Assembly: GCA_036273735.1 (NCBI GenBank) | Contig: DASUHA010000033.1 | Coordinates: 23,978 to 47,977 of the forward strand | Source: Steroidobacteraceae bacterium | GTDB lineage: Bacteria > Pseudomonadota > Gammaproteobacteria > Steroidobacterales > Steroidobacteraceae | DNA length: 24,000 bases | Direction of reading: 5' to 3' | Shown: in pieces, positions 1 to 8,567 of the stretch | Position numbering within the stretch: position 1 is the stretch's first letter | How the letters are laid out: each line of letters opens with the position of its first letter | Position numbers and translations under genes: made by a program | The notes under the pieces: model-generated | What the model was told of the DNA's origin: nothing | The model's database searches: none | The model's input: only the letters and a program-made list of their open reading frames with translations

Positions 1-2
1 AG

Positions 3-965
3 GCTCAGGGGCTTCCTGCCAGCCTGCGCTTTCGGGTTCCCACCGGGCGGCACATCGAGTTCGTCGATCTGGTCCACGGCGCGCAGAGCTTCCTCTCGGA
101 CGACATCGGGGACTTCATCATCCGACGCGCGGAGGGCACGGCGTCGTTTTTCTTTTCCAATGCTGTCGATGATGCCTGCATGGGTGTCACGCAGGTACTG
201 CGCGGCGAAGATCATCTGGCCAACACTCCGCGACAGCTTCTGATCCTCGAAGCGCTGCAGCTGCGTGCACCGGGCTATGGCCACGTCTCACTCATTCTCG
301 GCTCCGACGGCGCACCGCTTTCCAAGCGGCACGGCGCGACGAGCGTCCGCGAGTATCGCGACAGGGGTTATCGACCCGAGGCACTTCTCAACCACCTCTT
401 TCGCCTCGGGCACTCGAGCGGCGAGCACGATCTGCTCGATCTTCAGGCCATGGCGCGTGCCTTCGATCCGGGACATCTCGGACGTGCGTCGGCGCACTTC
501 GATGCGCAACAGCTGCACGTGTGGCAGAAGGAGGCTGCACATCGCCTGTCGGTGAACGACGCGCTCGTCTGGCTCGCACCGGTGCTGCCGGCCGGTCTCA
601 GCGAACACGCCGCGAGCGCCTTCGTCGCCGCGATCCTGCCGAACGTGGTATTGCCGCAGGATGCGCAGCCGTGGGTGCGGATCGTCTTCGGCCCACCTCC
701 CGAGCTCGAGGGCGATGCCGGGGAGATCGTGACCAAGGCGGGCGGGCGCTACTTTGCAGCCGCGGCGCAGGCCGCGGCGCAGAGCGGCAATGACTTGCCG
801 GCCATCGTCTCCGCGGTCCGCGCCGCGACCGGCAAAAAGGGCGCGGAGCTCTACATGCCCCTGCGTGTCGCGCTCACCGGCCGCAGCCACGGGCCGGAGC
901 TGGCGCCTCTTTTGAAAGCCATGCCTGCCGGCACGGCGCAGGGACGGCTGGCGCGCTTCGCTTAG
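3..965 (+). CDS. gltX: Glutamate--tRNA ligase (GluRS), C-terminal ~320 aa; the 5' end lies outside the window
   Basis: Frame 3 is open from base 3. The translation ...[49 protein letters not shown]... matches the class I GluRS catalytic core and is followed by an anticodon-binding-type tail. The ORF-track entry 180..965 starts only at an internal Met. Confidence 0.9.
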   Translation, partial: AQGLPASLRFRVPTGRHIEFVDLVHGAQSFLSDDIGDFIIRRAEGTASFFFSNAVDDACMGVTQVLRGEDHLANTPRQLLILEALQLRAPGYGHVSLILGSDGAPLSKRHGATSVREYRDRGYRPEALLNHLFRLGHSSGEHDLLDLQAMARAFDPGHLGRASAHFDAQQLHVWQKEAAHRLSVNDALVWLAPVLPAGLSEHAASAFVAAILPNVVLPQDAQPWVRIVFGPPPELEGDAGEIVTKAGGRYFAAAAQAAAQSGNDLPAIVSAVRAATGKKGAELYMPLRVALTGRSHGPELAPLLKAMPAGTAQGRLARFA

Positions 966-988
966 ATTCCCTTCACGGCTCAGATGAC

Positions 989-2413
989 ATGATCCGCATC
1001 CACAACTCACTCACCGGAGAGAAGCAGCCGCTCGCCCCCATAACGCCCGGCGAGGTCCGCATGTATGTATGCGGCCTGACGGTGTACGACTTCATGCACA
1101 TCGGACATGCACGCATGATGATCGTGTTCGATGTGGTCAACCGCTATTTGCGTTACCACGGATATCAGGTCACGTACGTCCGCAACATCACGGACATCGA
1201 TGACAAGATCATCAGGCGGGCGGCCGAGAACGCCGAGCCGATCGACGCCCTGACGGGGCGTTTCATTGCCGCGATGCATCAGGACTGCGATGAGCTCGGG
1301 GTTGCTCGGCCGGATCACGAGCCGCGCGCCACGCAATACGTGCCCGCCATCATCGCGATGGTGGAGAAGCTCGTCGCGAGTGGCTACGCCTACGCGGCGC
1401 CGAACGGTGATGTGATGTACGCGGTCGCGAAGTTCGATGGCTACGGCCGACTCTCGGGCAAGCGCCTCGCGGACCTGCGCGCCGGCGCCCGCGTCGAGAT
1501 CGACGAGTCCAAGCGCGACCCGCTCGACTTCGTGCTCTGGAAGCATGCCAAGCCCGGCGAGCCCGCATGGGATTCGCCGTGGGGGAAGGGTCGGCCGGGG
1601 TGGCACATCGAGTGCTCGGCCATGTCGGTGGCGCTCCTCGGCTCGCACTTCGACATCCACGGCGGTGGCCTCGATCTCAAGTTCCCGCACCACGAGAACG
1701 AGATCGCGCAGACCTGCGCCGCGACCGGCGACCGCTTCGCCGAGATCTGGATGCACAACGGCTTCGTCAACATCGACAACGAGAAGATGTCGAAGTCGCT
1801 CGGCAACTTCTTCACCGTGCGCGAGGTGTTGGAGAAGGCGGTGCGACACCCGCAGGTGTTGCGCTACTTCGTGCTGTCGAGCCACTACCGCGGACCCATC
1901 AACTATTCGCTCGAGCAGCTCGAGCAGGCGGATGCGGCCCTCGGCCGCATCATGACTGCGCTGCGCGACCTGCCGCAGTCGCCGGCGCCGACGTCCGAAT
2001 ACCTCGGCCGCTTTCAGGAGGCGATGGACGACGATTTCAACACGCCGGAAGCCGTTGCAGTCCTACAGACTCTGACTCGCGAGATCAATACGGCGAAGAG
2101 CGCAGGGAATGAGGCGCGCGCTGCGGCTCTCGGCGCGGAGCTGCGCTCGCTGGCGGGCGTGCTCGGGCTGACGGTTACTCCAAAGGAGTGGTTTTCGCTT
2201 GGCACGAAGCTCGTCGCCCAGGGGGGCGATAGGGTCGTCGCGGACGTGACGGCGCTTGGGGATGCCGAGATCGCGCAGCGCATCGAGGCACGGATTGCCG
2301 CGCGCAAGGCTAAGAATTGGGCTGAGTCCGACCGCATCCGCGAGGAGCTCGCGGCGGCCGGCGTCATCCTCGAGGACAAGCCCGGCGGCAAGACGGAGTG
2401 GCGGCGCGCCTGA
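989..2413 (+). CDS. cysS: Cysteine--tRNA ligase (CysRS)
   Basis: 474 aa ORF with a class I HIGH-type motif (MHIGHAR), a KMSKS motif ([11 protein letters not shown]) and the CysRS-typical [15 protein letters not shown] zinc/cysteine-binding region. It starts 24 nt after the gltX stop, which suggests an operon. Confidence 0.95.
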   Translation: MIRIHNSLTGEKQPLAPITPGEVRMYVCGLTVYDFMHIGHARMMIVFDVVNRYLRYHGYQVTYVRNITDIDDKIIRRAAENAEPIDALTGRFIAAMHQDCDELGVARPDHEPRATQYVPAIIAMVEKLVASGYAYAAPNGDVMYAVAKFDGYGRLSGKRLADLRAGARVEIDESKRDPLDFVLWKHAKPGEPAWDSPWGKGRPGWHIECSAMSVALLGSHFDIHGGGLDLKFPHHENEIAQTCAATGDRFAEIWMHNGFVNIDNEKMSKSLGNFFTVREVLEKAVRHPQVLRYFVLSSHYRGPINYSLEQLEQADAALGRIMTALRDLPQSPAPTSEYLGRFQEAMDDDFNTPEAVAVLQTLTREINTAKSAGNEARAAALGAELRSLAGVLGLTVTPKEWFSLGTKLVAQGGDRVVADVTALGDAEIAQRIEARIAARKAKNWAESDRIREELAAAGVILEDKPGGKTEWRRA

Positions 2414-2457
2414 GTGGCGGTTCGCCTGAGTGGCGGCGCGCCTGAGCCCGGCGCGCC
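2395..2457. repeat. About four tandem copies of a 16-nt unit (GGAGTGGCGGCGCGCC / TGAGTGGCGGTTCGCC / TGAGTGGCGGCGCGCC / TGAGCCCGGCGCGCC) spanning the cysS stop codon
   Basis: Read directly from the sequence at 2395..2457. The cysS TGA (2411..2413) is the first TGA of the second unit. The array fills the convergent cysS/folD spacer. Confidence 0.8.
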
Positions 2458-2459
2458 AG

Positions 2460-3323
2460 CTATCTTCCCGAATCCTCGCGGCGGTGATAGGCCTCCAGGG
2501 TGTTGTACATCAGCATGGCTACGGTCATGGGCCCCACGCCCCCCGGCACCGGCGTGATCCAGCCCGCGCGCTCCCGCGCCGCCTCGAACTGCACATCGCC
2601 CACGAGGTGCCCATTGTCGAGCCGGTTCATGCCGACGTCGATCACCATGGCGCCGGGCTTGATCCACTCGCCCGGGACGAGCCCGGGCTTGCCGACGGCG
2701 ACGACCAGGATGTCGGCCTGGCGCACGTAGGTGTCGAGGCCGGCCGTGAATCGGTGGCAGACGGTCGTGGTCGCTCCCATGAGAAGCAGCTCGAGCGACA
2801 TCGGCCTCCCGACGATGTTGGAAGCGCCGACCACGACGGCATGCTGCCCTTTGAATGGCGCGCCCACGCGCTCCAGGAGCCGGATGACTCCGTAGGGCGT
2901 GCAGGGACGCATCACCGGAATGCGTTGCGCCAAGCGTCCAACGTTGTACGGATGGAAACCGTCGACGTCCTTTGCCGGATCGATTTTCTCGATGACCGCG
3001 GTCTGCTGGATCTGCGCGGGCAGCGGCAGTTGCACCAGAATTCCGTCGACGCTCGCGTCACGATTGAGGTCATCGACCAGCCCGAGCAGGGCGGCTTCCG
3101 AGGTGGAGTCGCTCAAGTCGTGCGCCACCGAGAGGATGCCGACTTCCTCGCACGCCTTGCGCTTGTTGCGCACGTAGACCTCGGAGGCCGGATCGTCCCC
3201 CACCTTGACCACGGCAAGGGCCGGGCGCCGGTTGCCGCGGGCAAGGGCAGCGTCGATCCTGCGGCGGACCTGATTTTTGACCTCGACCGCCAGCCCGCGG
3301 CCATCGATCAACTGCGCCGTCAT
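2460..3323 (-). CDS. folD: Bifunctional 5,10-methylenetetrahydrofolate dehydrogenase/cyclohydrolase (FolD)
   Basis: Translation from the ATG at 3323 reads [12 protein letters not shown]...[25 protein letters not shown]...[10 protein letters not shown]...[13 protein letters not shown]...CTPYGV...[13 protein letters not shown]...[15 protein letters not shown], the canonical FolD motifs (287 aa). The 52-codon upstream extension in the ORF track (to 3479) is antisense to tRNA-Pro and was rejected. Confidence 0.93.
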   Translation of the reverse strand: MTAQLIDGRGLAVEVKNQVRRRIDAALARGNRRPALAVVKVGDDPASEVYVRNKRKACEEVGILSVAHDLSDSTSEAALLGLVDDLNRDASVDGILVQLPLPAQIQQTAVIEKIDPAKDVDGFHPYNVGRLAQRIPVMRPCTPYGVIRLLERVGAPFKGQHAVVVGASNIVGRPMSLELLLMGATTTVCHRFTAGLDTYVRQADILVVAVGKPGLVPGEWIKPGAMVIDVGMNRLDNGHLVGDVQFEAARERAGWITPVPGGVGPMTVAMLMYNTLEAYHRREDSGR

Positions 3324-3401
3324 CTCTGGTGTTCCACTTCCGACCCTTTGAGGGGCGCGCATTCTCGCATATGATGCCGCGGCCGATTCCGCTGATCCGG
3401 C

Positions 3402-3478
3402 CGGGGCATGGCGCAGTTTGGTAGCGCATCTGCTTTGGGAGCAGAGGGTCGCCGGTTCGAGTCCGGCTGCCCCGACCA
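3402..3478 (+). tRNA. tRNA-Pro (anticodon TGG), CCA encoded
   Basis: Cloverleaf traced by hand. Acceptor CGGGGCA/TGCCCCG, D-arm GCGCAGTTTGGTAGCGC, anticodon stem TCTGC/GCAGA with loop TT-TGG-GA, T-arm GCCGGTTCGAGTCCGGC, discriminator A plus CCA. Confidence 0.9.
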
Positions 3479-3582
3479 TCTCTTTTCAGTCTCCTTCCCT
3501 CTTCAATCCGGCCTCCAGGGCCTGGCCCGCGCTCAGCGGGACCTTGGCCTGTGCGCCTAAACTTGCCAAAGCAAAGGAAGCC

Positions 3583-3611
3583 TTGACAAAGGCAGCCTAG
3601 GCAAATATATT
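3583..3611 (+). promoter_or_regulatory. Sigma-70-type promoter for the emrR operon: TTGACA-N17-TATATT, with an AGCCTAGGCA near-palindrome (3594..3603) inside the spacer
   Basis: TTGACA at 3583..3588, an exact 17-nt spacer, and TATATT at 3606..3611, about 40 nt upstream of the emrR start. The spacer motif recurs upstream of emrA. Confidence 0.55.
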
Positions 3612-3652
3612 GCGCCCATCTCCCATCAGGGGGATTTTCTCGGAGAGCGATC

Positions 3653-4120
3653 TTGGTGAGCATCTACGACAGCGAAAACTACGAGCCCTGCAGGAGCGTG
3701 GCTCACCTGGTAGGCCAGGTGCGGACGGAGCTGCTGGCCGCTCTGGATCGGGAGCTGACGGCGGACAAGCACGTTGCCGACATTGGCGTGACCTCCGCGC
3801 AGTTCATCGTGATGGCGCGGCTTGCGGCGGCGGAGCGCAAAAAGTCCGCTTCCGATCTCTGCAAGGAGATGTCGTACGACGCCGGCGCCATGACTCGCAT
3901 GATCGACCGGCTGGAGAGCAAGGGTCTCATTCGCCGGGCCCGGTGCCCGCAGGACCGGAGGCTCGTGTACCTCGAGATGACCGACCAGGGGCGCTCCGCC
4001 TATCCGCGCCTGCGGGAGATCTCGATGGCGATTCAGAATCGGTTTCTGCGCGGATTCAGCCGCACGGATACCCGTCAGCTCGAGGGCTTGCTCGGGCGGA
4101 TGTTGGAGAACGCCGCCTGA
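3653..4120 (+). CDS. emrR: MarR-family transcriptional repressor (EmrR/MprA-like)
   Basis: 155 aa with a winged-helix MarR signature (...SAQFIVMARL...SASDLCKEMSYDAGAMTRMIDRLESKGLIRRARCPQDRRLVYLEMTDQGRS...). It lies immediately upstream of emrA/emrB homologues. The start is TTG 3653 or GTG 3656. Confidence 0.85.
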   Translation: MVSIYDSENYEPCRSVAHLVGQVRTELLAALDRELTADKHVADIGVTSAQFIVMARLAAAERKKSASDLCKEMSYDAGAMTRMIDRLESKGLIRRARCPQDRRLVYLEMTDQGRSAYPRLREISMAIQNRFLRGFSRTDTRQLEGLLGRMLENAA

Positions 4121-4153
4121 GGGCGTGAACGCTTTTTTTTGGCGAGGAAAACC

Positions 4154-4163
4154 TGCCTAGGCA
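4154..4163. promoter_or_regulatory. Perfect 10-bp palindrome TGCCTAGGCA followed by TATTTA; candidate second EmrR operator or internal promoter upstream of emrA
   Basis: The sequence reads ...TTGGCGaggaaaaccTGCCTAGGCAtatttagcc... The same GCCTAGGCA core sits in the emrR promoter spacer (3594..3603). It follows a T8 run at about 4133..4140, just after the emrR stop. Confidence 0.4.
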
Positions 4164-4206
4164 TATTTAGCCATGGCAGTGAGATAGAGAGAACTGGGAG
4201 ACTGAC

Positions 4207-5478
4207 ATGACGACCCGCGACGAAACTGCAAAAACTTCGGCCTGGAAGAGCCCCAGGGTGCGCTGGCTTGTGCTCGTTCTCGGGGGCTTCCTCGTTCTCG
4301 GCGCCGCCTGGGGCGTCTACTGGGATCGCGACCTGCGCTACTCCGTCTACACGGATGATGCGTACGTCAGCGGCAACGTCGTGCAGATCACACCACAGAT
4401 CGCCGGCACGGTGGTGGCGATCGGCGCCGACAACACGCAGTTCGTGAAGGCCGGGCAGCCGCTGGTGCGCCTGGATCCCGCGGACGCCAAGGTTGCTCTG
4501 CAGCAGTCGGAGGCAGGGCTCGCGAAGACGGTGCGTCAGGTCCGCAACCTCTTCGCAACCACCTCGGAGCTGCAGGCGAACGTCGAGGTCCGCCGGACGG
4601 ACCTCGCCAAGGCGCAGAGTGACTACGATCGTCGTGCGCGCCTGGAGCGCAGTGGCGCGATTTCGCTGGAAGAGCTGCAGCACGCTGGTGATGCCGTGAA
4701 ATCGGCACAGGCGGCGTTGCTGGCCGCGCAGCAGCAGATGGCTGCCGACCGCGCCTTGATCGACGGTACGACTATCCAGAGCAACCCTGCTGTTCGCGAC
4801 GCCGCGGCGGCCGTGCATGCCGCTTACCTCAACTACGCCCGTACGGTGCTGCCAGCACCCGTCTCCGGGTTCGTTGCCCGTCGCGACGTGCAGCTCGGCG
4901 AGCGCGTTAATACCGGAACGCCGCTGATGGCAGTGGTGCCGCTGAACGAGGTCTGGGTCGATGCCAACTTCAAGGAGTCGCAGCTGCAGTCCATGCGCGT
5001 CGGCCAGCCCGTCTCACTGACTTCCGACCTCTACGGCGGCGGTGTCGTGTTCCATGGCCACGTGGTCGGCTTCGGCGCCGGGACCGGGTCGGCCTTCTCG
5101 CTGCTGCCGGCTCAGAATGCCACCGGCAACTGGATCAAGATCGTACAGCGAGTGCCGGTGCGCGTGGCGCTCGACCCGCAGGAGCTCGCACAGCATCCGT
5201 TGCAGATTGGCCTCTCGATGAAGGCTTACGTCGACGTGCACGACGACAACGGCCAGCGGCTGCCCCAGGTCGCCGTCAACGAGCGTGACTACTCGACGGA
5301 TGTCTTCCAGTCCGTTGCGGCGCAGGCGGATTCGACGGTGCAGCAGATTATCTCGGCGAATGCCCCGGTGGCGGGGCGAGCGAGCGCCGGTCATCGGTAT
5401 GCGGCCCGGCTGAGTGGTGGACCGACGGTACTCGCCGCGCCTGCCCGCGCCACACTGCCGGTGGCGCTGAGCGAATAG
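4207..5478 (+). CDS. emrA: HlyD/EmrA-family periplasmic adaptor (membrane fusion protein) of an MFS efflux pump
   Basis: 423 aa. N-terminal TM anchor (WLVLVLGGFLVLGAAWGVYW), then DDAYVSGNVVQITPQIAGTVVAI...AGQPLVRLDP, a long coiled-coil segment, and ...VDANFKESQL..MRVGQPV...NWIKIVQRVPVRV, typical of EmrA. The RBS GGGAG lies 6 nt upstream of the ATG. Confidence 0.9.
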   Translation: MTTRDETAKTSAWKSPRVRWLVLVLGGFLVLGAAWGVYWDRDLRYSVYTDDAYVSGNVVQITPQIAGTVVAIGADNTQFVKAGQPLVRLDPADAKVALQQSEAGLAKTVRQVRNLFATTSELQANVEVRRTDLAKAQSDYDRRARLERSGAISLEELQHAGDAVKSAQAALLAAQQQMAADRALIDGTTIQSNPAVRDAAAAVHAAYLNYARTVLPAPVSGFVARRDVQLGERVNTGTPLMAVVPLNEVWVDANFKESQLQSMRVGQPVSLTSDLYGGGVVFHGHVVGFGAGTGSAFSLLPAQNATGNWIKIVQRVPVRVALDPQELAQHPLQIGLSMKAYVDVHDDNGQRLPQVAVNERDYSTDVFQSVAAQADSTVQQIISANAPVAGRASAGHRYAARLSGGPTVLAAPARATLPVALSE

Positions 5479-5520
5479 CCTCGCGGGTCTGCGGAAGCGG
5501 TCTCACTTGAGGGTTCCAAC

Positions 5521-7137
5521 ATGAGCGCAGTCATTCGGGAAGAGCAGGACATGCCGCCGCAGCCGAAGCCCGCGGCGGTGACCCCGGCGCCGAAGTCGGA
5601 CATGCCGTGCCTCAAGGGCTCCGCTCTCGCCCTCGGCACGATCGCGCTGTCGCTCGCGACCTTCATGAACGTGCTCGACACGTCGATCGCGAACGTGGCG
5701 ATTCCTTCCATCGCCGGCGACCTTGGAGTCTCGCCGGATCAGGGAACGTGGGTGATCACCTCGTTCGCGGTTGCCAACGCCATCTCCATGCCGCTCACCG
5801 GCTGGCTCACGCGCCGGATCGGGCAGGTGCGCCTCTTTACCGCCTCGACACTGCTCTTCGTGGTGGCCTCGTTTCTCTGCGGACTCGCGCCCTCGATTGG
5901 AATGCTGGTGGCCTTCCGGGCTCTCCAGGGACTGGTGGCGGGTCCAATGATTCCGCTTTCGCAATCGCTGCTGCTCGCGAGCTATCCGAAGGCCAAGGCG
6001 GGCGCCGCGCTCACGGTATGGTCGATGACCACGTTGGTGGCGCCAGTCGTCGGGCCGGTGCTCGGCGGTTGGATCACCGACAACATCTCCTGGCCCTGGA
6101 TCTTCTACATCAACGTGCCGATCGGCGTCGCCGCCGTCGCCGTGACCTGGGCGATCTACCGGCGCCGCGAGACACCGACTGCGCGCCTGCCGATCGACAA
6201 AGTGGGACTGACGCTGCTCATCGTCTGGGTCGGCGCGATGCAGATCCTGCTCGACAAGGGCAAGAACCTCGACTGGTTCAACTCGCCCGTCATCGTGACG
6301 CTCGCCATCATCGCGGTGGTCGGCTTCGCCGTCTTCATGATCTGGGAGCTGACCGACAAGCATCCGATCGTCGACCTGAGCCTCTTCCGCGGCCGGAATT
6401 TCTCCGTGAGCACCGTGGCGATGCTCGTCGGCTACGGCCTTTACTTCGGCAACGTGGTGCTGCTGCCGCTCTGGCTGCAGCAATACATGGGCTACACCGC
6501 GACGCTCGCCGGGGTCGTGCTGGCACCGGTCGGCGTGCTGGCGATCCTGCTCATGCCGGTGGTGGGGCGCTTCCTCTCCCGCACCGACCCGCGCTGGATC
6601 GTCACCGTGTCGTTCCTGGTCTTTGGCCTCGTGATGTTCCAGCGCTCCTGGTTCAACACGCAGGCGGACATCCGCACACTGCTGGTGCCGACCCTCATTC
6701 AGGGTGTGGCCTTGGCGACGTTCTTCGTCCCGCTGCTCACGCTGGGCTTCTCGGGGCTCTCCGCGGATCGAATTCCTGCAGCCTCGGGGCTCATGAACTT
6801 CGCGCGCATCACCGCGGGGTCATTCGCGACATCCATCACCACCACGCTCTGGGACAGGCGCGCGACGCTGCACCATGCGCAGTTGGTGGAGCACCTGATC
6901 GGCTCCAACGCCTCGATGACGCAGGCCCTGGGACAGCTGCACGCCGATGGCCTGACGAGCCAGCAGGGCTATGCGCTGCTCAACAACCTGGTCGACAACC
7001 AGGCCTACATGCTCTCGGCCAACGACATCTTCTACGTGTCGGGATTTCTCTTCGTGGTGCTGGCGGGCCTCGTCTGGCTGGCACGTCCATCGAAGGCCGG
7101 TGGGGCGGGCAAGGAAGCCGCCGCGGGTGCGCACTAA
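5521..7137 (+). CDS. emrB: DHA2 (EmrB/QacA) family 14-TMS MFS drug efflux transporter
   Basis: 538 aa, highly hydrophobic. LATFMNVLDTSIANVAIPSIAGDLGVSPDQGTWVITSFAVANAISMPLTGWLTRRIG is the EmrB-family N-terminal signature. The RBS GAGGG lies 7 nt upstream of the ATG. Confidence 0.92.
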   Translation: MSAVIREEQDMPPQPKPAAVTPAPKSDMPCLKGSALALGTIALSLATFMNVLDTSIANVAIPSIAGDLGVSPDQGTWVITSFAVANAISMPLTGWLTRRIGQVRLFTASTLLFVVASFLCGLAPSIGMLVAFRALQGLVAGPMIPLSQSLLLASYPKAKAGAALTVWSMTTLVAPVVGPVLGGWITDNISWPWIFYINVPIGVAAVAVTWAIYRRRETPTARLPIDKVGLTLLIVWVGAMQILLDKGKNLDWFNSPVIVTLAIIAVVGFAVFMIWELTDKHPIVDLSLFRGRNFSVSTVAMLVGYGLYFGNVVLLPLWLQQYMGYTATLAGVVLAPVGVLAILLMPVVGRFLSRTDPRWIVTVSFLVFGLVMFQRSWFNTQADIRTLLVPTLIQGVALATFFVPLLTLGFSGLSADRIPAASGLMNFARITAGSFATSITTTLWDRRATLHHAQLVEHLIGSNASMTQALGQLHADGLTSQQGYALLNNLVDNQAYMLSANDIFYVSGFLFVVLAGLVWLARPSKAGGAGKEAAAGAH

Positions 7138-8567
7138 CCCCGCTTGCTGGCGCACTCAGCGAGCGTCTGGCGCAGCTCGGCGAGCTTCGGCGGCTTGCTG
7201 AGGATGTAATCGACCTGCGGGGCGGTCTCGCCCTCGAGCGGCATGTGCCTGCCCCATCCCGTCAGGAGCACGATGGGCGTGGGCGGAGCGAGCGCCTTGA
7301 TGGCCGCGGAGACTTTGCGGCCGTCGACGTACGGCATGCCGAGATCGGTGATTACCAGGTCGAACGGCCGGCCGGCGCGAAGCGCAGCGGTGAACGTGTC
7401 GATCCCGCCCTGGCCGCCATCGGCGGTCACGACCTCGTGACCATCGGCTTCCAGCGCATCGCGTAGCGACCGGATGAGTAGCGGGTCATCGTCTACGAGC
7501 AGCAGCCGCATTGCGCGTGCAGGAGCATCTGCCACCCGCCGCTCGCGCTCCCCGTCAGGAGCCGGACTGGAGAGCGGGAATATCAGCCGCACGGCCGTCC
7601 CGGCGTTCGGGGCGCTCTCGATTTCCAGCTCCGCGCTGTGCCGCCGGGCCATCCCGTAGACCATGGCGAGACCGAGTCCCGTGCCCCGCTCCCCCTTGGT
7701 GGTGTAGAACGGCTCGAGGCAACGGCGGCGGGTGACCTCGTCCATGCCGTTACCGGTATCGCGCACTTCTATCAGAACGTGCTCGGCAGCCGTGCTGTCG
7801 CTGCGCGAGACGCTGTTGGGCCGCGCCACGGTGCGCAAGGTGAGCGTTCCGCCCTGCGGCATGGCATCCACCGCATTGAACACAAGGTTAGTCAGGGCAT
7901 CGCGGATCTCACTGCCTACACCCATGATCGCCGGTAGCTTGCTGGTAAGCTCGGTACGTACGTGGACGACGACGCCGCGTTGCTGTGGCAGGTCACTCCA
8001 GCGTGCGCGGGTCAGCGCCACGACCTGCTCGACGACTTCATTGAGCTCGACGGGGGCGAGCTGCAGAGTTGACTCGCGCGGACGGTAGAATTCGCGCATG
8101 CGCGCGACGGTGGCGGCGACGTCTTCGATGGCGCGCTGAATAATGGTCATGTATTCGCGTGCGCGCTGGCTCAGGGTCGAGTCGTGCTCCAGCAGGGAGG
8201 CGGTGTAAAGCGCGATGGGAGAGATGGCGTTGTTGATATCGTGCGCAATGCCACTCGCCATCTGCCCGAGCGCCCGCAGGCGCTCCTGTTGGACCAGCCT
8301 CTCCTGGCTCTGTCGCAGCTCCTCATATGCCAGCCGCAGCGCTTCGTGTAAGTGCTGGCGCTCCCGCTCTGCCTTGCGGCGTTCCTCGATCTCCGCCAGG
8401 AGCGCTTGATTCGAGCGCTTGAGCTCATCGATGCCCTGCTCGAGCTCCAGCGCGAGCGCGGCGATCTCCCGGTTGCTCTGCGTCAGCTCGTCCTGCAGGA
8501 GCTGCACCGTGCTCCGCAGCGTCTGGACGTCGTGCTCGGTATCGTGCTCGCCCGCCGGTGCGTTCAC
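7134..8567 (-). CDS. Soluble hybrid sensor histidine kinase: N-terminal coiled coil, HisKA, HATPase_c and a C-terminal receiver; no TM segment, sensor domain or HPt
   Basis: 477 aa. H-box MASGIAHDINNAISPI, N/G boxes (LTNLVFNAVDAM, VRDTGNGM, GTGLGLAMV), and receiver motifs (RLLLVDDDP...DLVITDLGMPYVDG...VLLTGWG...LSKPP). The GTG start overlaps the upstream stop (GTGA). Confidence 0.9.
   Translation of the reverse strand: MNAPAGEHDTEHDVQTLRSTVQLLQDELTQSNREIAALALELEQGIDELKRSNQALLAEIEERRKAERERQHLHEALRLAYEELRQSQERLVQQERLRALGQMASGIAHDINNAISPIALYTASLLEHDSTLSQRAREYMTIIQRAIEDVAATVARMREFYRPRESTLQLAPVELNEVVEQVVALTRARWSDLPQQRGVVVHVRTELTSKLPAIMGVGSEIRDALTNLVFNAVDAMPQGGTLTLRTVARPNSVSRSDSTAAEHVLIEVRDTGNGMDEVTRRRCLEPFYTTKGERGTGLGLAMVYGMARRHSAELEIESAPNAGTAVRLIFPLSSPAPDGERERRVADAPARAMRLLLVDDDPLLIRSLRDALEADGHEVVTADGGQGGIDTFTAALRAGRPFDLVITDLGMPYVDGRKVSAAIKALAPPTPIVLLTGWGRHMPLEGETAPQVDYILSKPPKLAELRQTLAECASKRG

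Noticed and set aside
288-1885. Minus-strand ORFs 288..1010 (240 aa) and 1007..1885 (292 aa) antisense to gltX and cysS
   Set aside because: They are antisense to aminoacyl-tRNA synthetase genes with unambiguous motifs, and their composition is typical of GC3-driven open antisense frames.
2395-2457. Possibility that the 16-nt tandem repeats are a CRISPR array
   Set aside because: The units are directly adjacent with no spacers. There are only about four copies, the unit is too short, and no cas genes are present.
2430-3374. 314-aa plus-strand ORF antisense to folD
   Set aside because: The FolD reading frame on the minus strand carries all canonical motifs. The plus-strand product has no recognisable features.
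3324-3479. 52-codon N-terminal extension of the folD ORF ([24 protein letters not shown]...)
   Set aside because: This peptide is the antisense translation of tRNA-Pro (the GLEPAT-type signature of tRNA T-arms). FolD homology starts at the ATG at 3323.
5607-7466. 619-aa plus-strand ORF overlapping emrB in another frame and running into the HK gene
   Set aside because: The sequence is extremely Arg/Ala/Gly/Pro-rich and low in complexity, with no recognisable motifs. It is fully overlapped by two strongly supported genes (emrB, and the HK antisense). This is a typical high-GC shadow ORF.
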